This document shows, in pieces, positions 26,701 through 31,879 of a stretch of DNA of 31,879 nt. Origin of the DNA: Clostridia bacterium (GTDB taxonomy: Bacteria > Bacillota > Clostridia > Oscillospirales > CAG-272); NCBI GenBank assembly GCA_017397205.1, contig JAFQJX010000041.1, positions 1-31,879 on the forward strand. Direction: 5' to 3'. The notes under the pieces are model-generated. The model did not search any database and was not told where the DNA came from. It saw only the letters and a program-made list of their open reading frames with translations. A program made the translations under genes and the position numbers. Position 1 is the stretch's first letter. Every line of letters begins with the position of its first letter.

Positions 26701-27437
26701 GCGTCCAGGAGGGGCGAAAGCCGCGCCTCGTAATGGGAGCCGAAGCCGCGCAGCTCGTCAAGGAGGAGCCCGCCCCACTTGGTATCAAGGAGCGGACGGG
26801 CGCTGTCGGACAGGTATTCGTCCGCCCAGCGCTTCAGGGCATCCACGCCCTCGGTGAGGGATTCCAGCTTTTTCGTCAACTCGTGGAGCAGCTCGGGCAG
26901 AGTGCTCTCCTGCCGCACGCCTACGAGATGATAGGAAAGGCGGCAGAACTCCTCGGCACTAACGCCCGGCACAAGGCCCGCGTACCCCTCGGCGACAAGG
27001 TCGGAAAGAAGGGACAGGCGGAGCAGATTTGCCTCCTGCTCGTCCAGAATACGGAAGCCCTCGGAAACGCCTGCCTCCGCCGCAAAGCGACGCAGGATTC
27101 CGATGCAGAAGGAATCAATGGTGGAAATGCTTGCCGTCGGCAGCAGGCGCAGCTGGCTGGCAAGAAATTCGTCGTCGGGGCTTGCAAGAACGGCATCTCC
27201 CAGCGCCGCGCCAATGCGCGCACGCAGCTCTGCCGCCGCGCTCCGCGTAAAGGTGACGGCGAGAATGCGGGAGAGGGGGATTCGCCTTGCAGGGTCCGTC
27301 AGGGATTCAATAATGCGCTGGGTCAGCACCGCCGTTTTACCAGACCCTGCGGCGGCGGAGAGCAGCATGGTGCAGTCGCGCCTTTCAATGGCAAGCGCCT
27401 GCTCGGGGGTCCAGCGTTTTTTGGTCGTTTCTGCCAT
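23724..27437 (-). CDS. addA: ATP-dependent helicase/nuclease subunit A
   Basis: 1237 aa; WTPEQ, SAAAGSGKT, VDEYQD, VGDIKQSIYRFR, SKGLEYP, EEMRLLYVALTRA; RecB-type nuclease QGVID...VDYKTD...QLRYY. Confidence 0.92.
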   Translation of the reverse strand: MAETTKKRWTPEQALAIERRDCTMLLSAAAGSGKTAVLTQRIIESLTDPARRIPLSRILAVTFTRSAAAELRARIGAALGDAVLASPDDEFLASQLRLLPTASISTIDSFCIGILRRFAAEAGVSEGFRILDEQEANLLRLSLLSDLVAEGYAGLVPGVSAEEFCRLSYHLVGVRQESTLPELLHELTKKLESLTEGVDALKRWADEYLSDSARPLLDTKWGGLLLDELRGFGSHYEARLSPLLDALRGDADLPAAYLDALGTYVNFARDLASPVRSYPHLSALAETSFPTLKPGKKHSEESAPLLEAVKATCSSLREDLAKRIRPLFYYDEAAWATLLRRLGEECLVLWRLLSCFEGRFLDACHARASYDFATVNRLTYSLLLQNGERTEVAHALAQEYDAVCVDEYQDVNPLQHAVFEAISGERARFLVGDIKQSIYRFRHAEPDIFAALRRAFPPLGEEDHPCVCHFMSYNFRSDRAVIGFINRVFSTVFGAAGDSIGYREDADNLRASRSEEGLPPAFTPVVALFGREHKDTPATPEELPRAKDLYERDMQALEAALEGDSPDGEEDEDDTVTPEVAWVASQIADLLRNGTRRDGTPLHPGDIAILMRSANSKYAPYREALARLGIDSCKPKDTDFFSCPEVLLALALLNTVDNPLQDIPLSAVLCSPLYGFSSDDLTLVRRASPEAPSLYDALVLYCEAHPDFSRGTAFLCQLARFREVARTESPDKLLRLLFAETPLMSIAGADGGGGEANLKLLYHYARNYGAASGERLYRFIRFINSQIESGATFSPPKGGDAADRVVISTVHGSKGLEYPVVFVCGCGAPFSSADLSATLLCDGKLGLALRLREEGSSAIAENPVRRLAERAVTDADRQEEMRLLYVALTRAQERLYVTGSVARRSYVSSLLERVEAARAHKDRYAFLRLPSYMAWVLAALGDDPSVATLLVNPEPSPVEDVAEDAGRSAPTDEEIRAQEALLRRRLDFRYPFAHLAGLPKKLSVSKVYPALLDGTEEEAVPLAPPDGEDGDRPEKWRRMPEAYAGAQPPAPTDRGIATHLFLQFCDFGALAERGVEEELARLEREKFLSPETVRLIRREELRIFRASSLLSDLLGARLVRREFRFNTYLPAALFTEDPARRAALEGENLFVQGVIDALIETEEGELILVDYKTDRLTREELESPQLAARKLVGRHGTQLRYYALAAELIFGKRPTHTYLYALQSGLCYEVPDEPPAP

Positions 27438-27529
27438 AGGGTCCTTTCTCGGGCGGGCGCCCGTTTGCTTCGTGATTTTTTACGCTTGCTGTTTGCAAGC
27501 CGTGCGCTACGGTTGCTTTTTTGGGTAGG

Positions 27530-28420
27530 TTACAAAACGAACAGCGTGACGGCGCGGACGGTGTCGGGGTCCTCCTCGGGGATTTCGCCAAGGGCGAAAA
27601 AGCCGTTTGCGTCCACAAGGCGCAGGCGCGTGCCGGCGGGGTAATTGATCTTCAGCTTTCTCCTTGCGAGGCGCTGACCGTGGCGCAACAGGCGCGCGTA
27701 AAACTCCTCCACCCGAACGGCGGGGAGGTGACGGAACAGATGCTCTACGGGAACGAGCAGGGAAAGGCGCTCCTCCTCGGTCATTGCCTCAAGCTCCGAT
27801 AGCGTATGCGCCTCGGCAAGGGAGAAGCCCGCCGCCTCGGCGCGGCAAAGGGACGTCATCACGCCGCCACAGCCAAGCGCGGCGCCGATATCGGCGCAAA
27901 GGGTGCGGATATAGGTGCCCTTGGAGCAGACCACGTCAAGCGTGTACTCCCCGCTATCCAGCGGTGTGACGTCCAGGCGGTATACTGTGATAGGACGCGG
28001 CTCGCGCGGCACCTCCTTGCCCTCGCGGGCGAGGTCCACCAGCTTTTTGCCGCCCACCTTGAGGGCGGAATACATAGGGGGCGTTTGCAGAAGCGCACCG
28101 ACGAAGCGGCGTGCAACCTCCACCACCTGCTCCGCGGTGGGAAGCGCGTCCGTTTGGGAAAGAACCGTGCCCGTGATATCCTCGGTGTCCGTCGTGATAC
28201 CCAGGCGCAGGGTGGCAATATAGTGCTTGTCCGCATCGGTCACAAAGGCGCTTGCCTTGACAGCGCGCCCGAGCAAAACGGGTAAAACCCCCGTCGCCAT
28301 GGGGTCCAGGGTGCCCGTGTGCCCTGCCTTTTCAAGCCCGTACAGCTTGCGGGCGCGGGCAACGGCGGTGTGGGAGGTCATTCCTCCCTCCTTGTGTAAA
28401 ATGAGAATTCCCGAAGGCAT
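27530..28420 (-). CDS. truB: tRNA pseudouridine(55) synthase TruB
   Basis: GHTGTLDPMATGVL, PPMYSALK, CSKGTYIRTL; AAAGGAG RBS before ATG 28420. Confidence 0.95.
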   Translation of the reverse strand: MPSGILILHKEGGMTSHTAVARARKLYGLEKAGHTGTLDPMATGVLPVLLGRAVKASAFVTDADKHYIATLRLGITTDTEDITGTVLSQTDALPTAEQVVEVARRFVGALLQTPPMYSALKVGGKKLVDLAREGKEVPREPRPITVYRLDVTPLDSGEYTLDVVCSKGTYIRTLCADIGAALGCGGVMTSLCRAEAAGFSLAEAHTLSELEAMTEEERLSLLVPVEHLFRHLPAVRVEEFYARLLRHGQRLARRKLKINYPAGTRLRLVDANGFFALGEIPEEDPDTVRAVTLFVL

Positions 28421-28457
28421 AGGGGGCTCCTTTCGTTTGCTTTGCTCCGTGCGGCTT

Positions 28458-28961
28458 CTACTTGTATTCGGTGACGGTGACGGCGGTGAGAACACCGTCC
28501 TCGGTGCGCGCCACGTAATAAGGCCTTGCTTCTCCTGCGCGGAAGCGCAGGGTGTATACGGCGTCACCGTGCGACAGGGTGGCAACGCGGTCGTCCCCCT
28601 CGCTCTCCACGCTCCGCACGCGCGCGGCGTCGGGAATGGAGAACAGGGAAACGGGAGAAAAGCCCTCGGGCAGCGCTTCAAGAGGAATGGCGGCGCCGCC
28701 GTACTGACAGCGCACCTCTCCCGCTTCGCGGAAAACGGTCAGCCCCGCGAGGGCATCGGGGGCGGTGTAGGTCAGGGTGAAGTCGCGCTCCGCGCCACCC
28801 TCCGCCAGCCAGAGCGTCGCGGTGCAGGGGACGCCTCCTCTTTCAAAGGAGAGGGACAGGGTCGCCTCCTCCCCCTGATAGGAAAGCAAGCTCTCTCCGC
28901 CGCCGCAGGCGGACAGGCACAAAAGGGAAAGGGCAACAAGACAGGCAGTCAACAGCTTCAT
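28458..28961 (-). CDS. Lipoprotein, possibly GerS/LolA-like
   Basis: MKLLTACLVALSLLCLSA-C lipobox; GGAGG RBS; sigma-E-type promoter upstream. The family assignment is inference. Confidence 0.7.
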   Translation of the reverse strand: MKLLTACLVALSLLCLSACGGGESLLSYQGEEATLSLSFERGGVPCTATLWLAEGGAERDFTLTYTAPDALAGLTVFREAGEVRCQYGGAAIPLEALPEGFSPVSLFSIPDAARVRSVESEGDDRVATLSHGDAVYTLRFRAGEARPYYVARTEDGVLTAVTVTEYK

Positions 28962-28982
28962 GGCGCATCCTCCGTTTTGGAA

Positions 28983-29011
28983 AATGTATGCCACGGGGTT
29001 GCCAAATATGC
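28983..29011 (-). promoter_or_regulatory. Sigma-E (mother-cell) type promoter
   Basis: Minus strand GCATATT, 14 bp spacer, CATACATT; fits the B. subtilis sigma-E consensus and spacing. Confidence 0.7.
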
Positions 29012-29133
29012 CCTGCGGTCGCGCGGGCGGTATATCACTTTATTTTAACACATTTACGGAGTGAAAGCAAGAGGCGCAAGGAGGCGAAAAAGGGCGGCTT
29101 TTGACGAGCAAAAAATGCCACCGCACGCCTCAA

Positions 29134-29166
29134 ACGACACCTTTCGCGCCCACCGTGTGCTATGCT
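29134..29166 (+). promoter_or_regulatory. Putative Spo0A-dependent spoIIE promoter
   Basis: ACGACA (partial 0A-box/-35-like), 21 bp spacer, TG-extended TATGCT. The long spacing resembles the B. subtilis spoIIE promoter. Confidence 0.4.
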
Positions 29167-29214
29167 CCCCTTGAAAAGGTGGCTTGTCCGTGCCACAACG
29201 CAAGGAGGATACAT

Positions 29215-31584
29215 ATGGAACAAACACCCAAGCAGAGGACAGAGAGCCGCGGGGCAGGGGTCAAGGGGGCGCTTGCCGCCCTTGCGGGGCGGCTGTCGGG
29301 CAGGGAAAGCGTGCCCTGGCTGCTCGCGGGCGCTTTTGGCGCCCTGTTTGCGGGGACACCGCTCTTGTGGGGGGCGTACCCCCTGGGGCTTGCCCTGCTT
29401 TGCGCCGCCGTGCAGGAAACGCCTGCCGTGTTCGTGGGGCTTTGCCTTGGCGCGGTTTTGCCGTGGGGCGGCGGCTTTGCCTACGTGGTGGTGTATATGG
29501 TGGCGCTTCTTGCACGCCTGCTTTTGTCTGTGCCGCCCGTCAGGGACAAGCTTCCCGTGCGGGGGGAGGGATACTTCGGAGAGCCCCTGCAGGCGCGCGT
29601 CGCCGTCTGCCTGCTCGTATCCCTCGCCGCCGCCGCGTATGAAATTGCCGTCAGCACCCTGACGCAGGAAACGCTTTTGTTCGGGATTGGAACGGTGGTG
29701 GGAAGCACGGTGTTGTGCCTTGTTTTCTGGGGTCTTTTCTCCCGTGGCATCACGGCGGACGATCTGCTCGGTCATGCAGGGGCAAGGCGCGAGGGAGTGC
29801 GGACGAAGGAGCGGCTTGCGCTGGAGGCAGGGGCGCTTGCCCTGCTTTTCTTTGGCGCGTATGGGCTCCGCGCGGCGGAGCTGTTCGGCATGAATCTGGG
29901 ATATCTGTTTTCCGCCGCCTGCTCCCTCTGGGTGGCGCGGCGCTTCGGTGCCCTGCGCGGCTGTGCCGCGGGGCTGGTAGTGGGGATGGCGGTGGACACG
30001 CTGTATTCCCCCGCCTTTGGCGTGCTGGGGCTTTTGTGCGGTGCACTCTGGCCGCTCGGCAGCTTTTATTCGCTTTGTATCGGTGCGGCATCGGGGATTG
30101 CGTGGTGCGCCTACGTCGGGGGGCTATCGGGCTTTCTTGGTGTGGCGCCTGAAATCACGGTTGCGGCGCTGCTGTCTGCACCCCTGATGCCGCGCCTGTA
30201 TTCCAGCGCGATTGCCGAGGAGGTGCGGCAGGACAGGCAGGCGGCAGAGGAGGCGGTGGAGGAATATACCGACACCTGCCGTGACAACACCGTGGAGCGC
30301 CTGGCAGGGGCACTTGACGGGCTGGGCGAGATGCTTGGCAGACAGGCGGATACCCCCGACGGGGAAAGCTGCTTCGCCCTGTGCGACGAAATCTGCACGC
30401 GCTATTGCGCCTCCTGCCCGGGCAGGGGCGGCTGCTGGGACAGCCGCGAGCGACCCGCCTCCGTTGCACTCGGTCTGATGGCGGCGCGGCTTGCCGCAGG
30501 ACAAACCTTTTCCGTCGGAGATATGCCCACTCCTCTCATCAGCTCCTGTGAGCGCCTGGAGGCGTTGCTCGGCGAGGTGCGGCTGGCGGGGGCACGGCTG
30601 TGGCGTGAAAAGGGGCATGGCGACGGCGGAGCCGCGAGGGGCTACCGACTGATGGCGGGCGCCATGCGCCGCGCATCAGAGCGACAGCGCGGAGAAACGG
30701 CGGCAAATCCGCAGGCCGCCAAGAAAATAAGGCACCTCCTTGCGGAAAAGGGACTGCGCCCCTCTGCCGTGCGCGTGCAGGGAAGACGGCGCACGCGCGT
30801 GGTGATTTCCTCGCCCGAGCTTGCCGGGAAAAAGGAGGCGCTTGACGCCCTCCACCCCGCGCTTGAGGGGGCGTGCGGCTGTCGCCTTTCCGCACCCGTA
30901 CACGAGGCGCAGGGAGGGATGACCGTTGCGCTGCTTGAGAGCGCTCCGCGCTATTTTCTGGACGTGGCGTTTGCGGCGGGGACGGCGGACGGGAGCGGCG
31001 TCAGCGGCGATACCCTGACGACCTTTTCTTCCCCCGACGGCTATTTTTACCTGCTCGTCAGCGACGGAATGGGGAGCGGCGCGCTTGCCGCGCGCACCTC
31101 GGGCACCTGTACCTTATATATGGAGCGCATGCTGGCGGCGGGCGCGGATACGGAGGCGAGCTTGCAGTTGCTCAACCATCTGCTGACGTCGCGGCGCGAG
31201 GAATGCTCGGCAACGCTGGACCTCTTGGAGTTTGACACCCTGCGCGGCGGTGCGGCGTTTCTCAAGAGCGGTGCGGCGGCATCCTATATCCGCCGCGAGG
31301 GGAACTTATTCCGCCTGCGCTCCCGTACGGTGCCTCTCGGAATTGTGGAGGAGGTGGATACGGAGCGGCTGGAGTTTGATACACAGGCGGGGGACGTTGT
31401 CGTCATGGTGACGGACGGCGTCAGCCAGACCTCCGAGGACGCGCCCTGGCTGATTGAGTTTTTGTCGGGGCCCCTGGGCGGAGATTTGCAGGGCGTTGCC
31501 AACGCCATTCTGACACGCGCAAAGGAGCAAAACGGCTCGCGCGACGATCTGACGGTGGTGGTTGCACGCGTACATTCTGCGTAG
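29215..31584 (+). CDS. spoIIE: Stage II sporulation protein E (membrane PP2C phosphatase)
   Basis: Multi-transmembrane N-terminus; CASCPGRGGCW central motif; PP2C motifs SGD, VSDGMGSG, ATLDL, KSGAA, VTDGV, DDLTV; AAGGAGG RBS before ATG 29215. Confidence 0.93.
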   Translation: MEQTPKQRTESRGAGVKGALAALAGRLSGRESVPWLLAGAFGALFAGTPLLWGAYPLGLALLCAAVQETPAVFVGLCLGAVLPWGGGFAYVVVYMVALLARLLLSVPPVRDKLPVRGEGYFGEPLQARVAVCLLVSLAAAAYEIAVSTLTQETLLFGIGTVVGSTVLCLVFWGLFSRGITADDLLGHAGARREGVRTKERLALEAGALALLFFGAYGLRAAELFGMNLGYLFSAACSLWVARRFGALRGCAAGLVVGMAVDTLYSPAFGVLGLLCGALWPLGSFYSLCIGAASGIAWCAYVGGLSGFLGVAPEITVAALLSAPLMPRLYSSAIAEEVRQDRQAAEEAVEEYTDTCRDNTVERLAGALDGLGEMLGRQADTPDGESCFALCDEICTRYCASCPGRGGCWDSRERPASVALGLMAARLAAGQTFSVGDMPTPLISSCERLEALLGEVRLAGARLWREKGHGDGGAARGYRLMAGAMRRASERQRGETAANPQAAKKIRHLLAEKGLRPSAVRVQGRRRTRVVISSPELAGKKEALDALHPALEGACGCRLSAPVHEAQGGMTVALLESAPRYFLDVAFAAGTADGSGVSGDTLTTFSSPDGYFYLLVSDGMGSGALAARTSGTCTLYMERMLAAGADTEASLQLLNHLLTSRREECSATLDLLEFDTLRGGAAFLKSGAAASYIRREGNLFRLRSRTVPLGIVEEVDTERLEFDTQAGDVVVMVTDGVSQTSEDAPWLIEFLSGPLGGDLQGVANAILTRAKEQNGSRDDLTVVVARVHSA

Positions 31585-31639
31585 CGGAGCATATTCCAAG
31601 GTTACATATAGTAAAAGGGACAGAGAGCGGATCGGCTGA

Positions 31640-31786
31640 TGTTCTTAGCGGAGAATTTGATAATTTTACTCAGTGCGAGCATCGCATTTGACCGGTCAAA
31701 TACAAATTGGGCTAAGCCCAAACCCTTATTACAAGCAGAAAGAGAGAACAAATCGGTCGGTAGCCGAAATGTCCTCTCTTTTTGTT
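31640..31786 (+). repeat. Dispersed intergenic repeat, copy B, plus terminal hairpin
   Basis: Matches the reverse complement of 4496-4614; contains the perfect palindrome ATTTGACCGGTCAAAT (31686-31701); 31739-31786 matches 18865-18911. Confidence 0.85.
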
Positions 31787-31879
31787 CGTGTATTATAGTT
31801 AAATGATAGGTATTCTCTTTTAACCCGATGCCAATTAACCTTTATTTTTCAACATAATTGCTTCTACGTGACGAACGGC

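Overview
Replication-origin region of a GC-rich, spore-forming Bacillota (Clostridia-like) chromosome. The minus strand carries dnaA-(oriC)-dnaN-recF-remB-gyrB-gyrA, followed by a lipoprotein, an XRE protein, a small membrane protein, RNase J and a GNAT. Other genes are a stand-alone parB with a membrane protein and an Sfp-type PPTase, a spoVAC-AD-AE operon head-to-head with dnaA, a DUF2752/DUF4190 pair, alaS, an addA with no adjacent addB, truB, a sigma-E-type lipoprotein and spoIIE. I found no tRNA, rRNA, CRISPR, transposase or phage genes. The strongest unexpected signal is at oriC. The DnaA-trio unwinding module is intact, but the boxes mostly read WWWTTGACA instead of TTATCCACA, and the DnaA recognition helix reads CNHANVISA instead of RDHTTV(L/I)HA, which suggests a re-coded initiator-box pair. 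The intergenic DNA also holds an array of about 14 short hairpins with conserved C-TNC-G loops (C-GNA-G on the minus strand), a dispersed repeat of about 100-120 bp with a 16-bp palindrome, a candidate attenuator upstream of the GNAT gene, and an unannotated 53-aa ORF. All calls come from reading the sequence by eye; no searches or folding programs were run.
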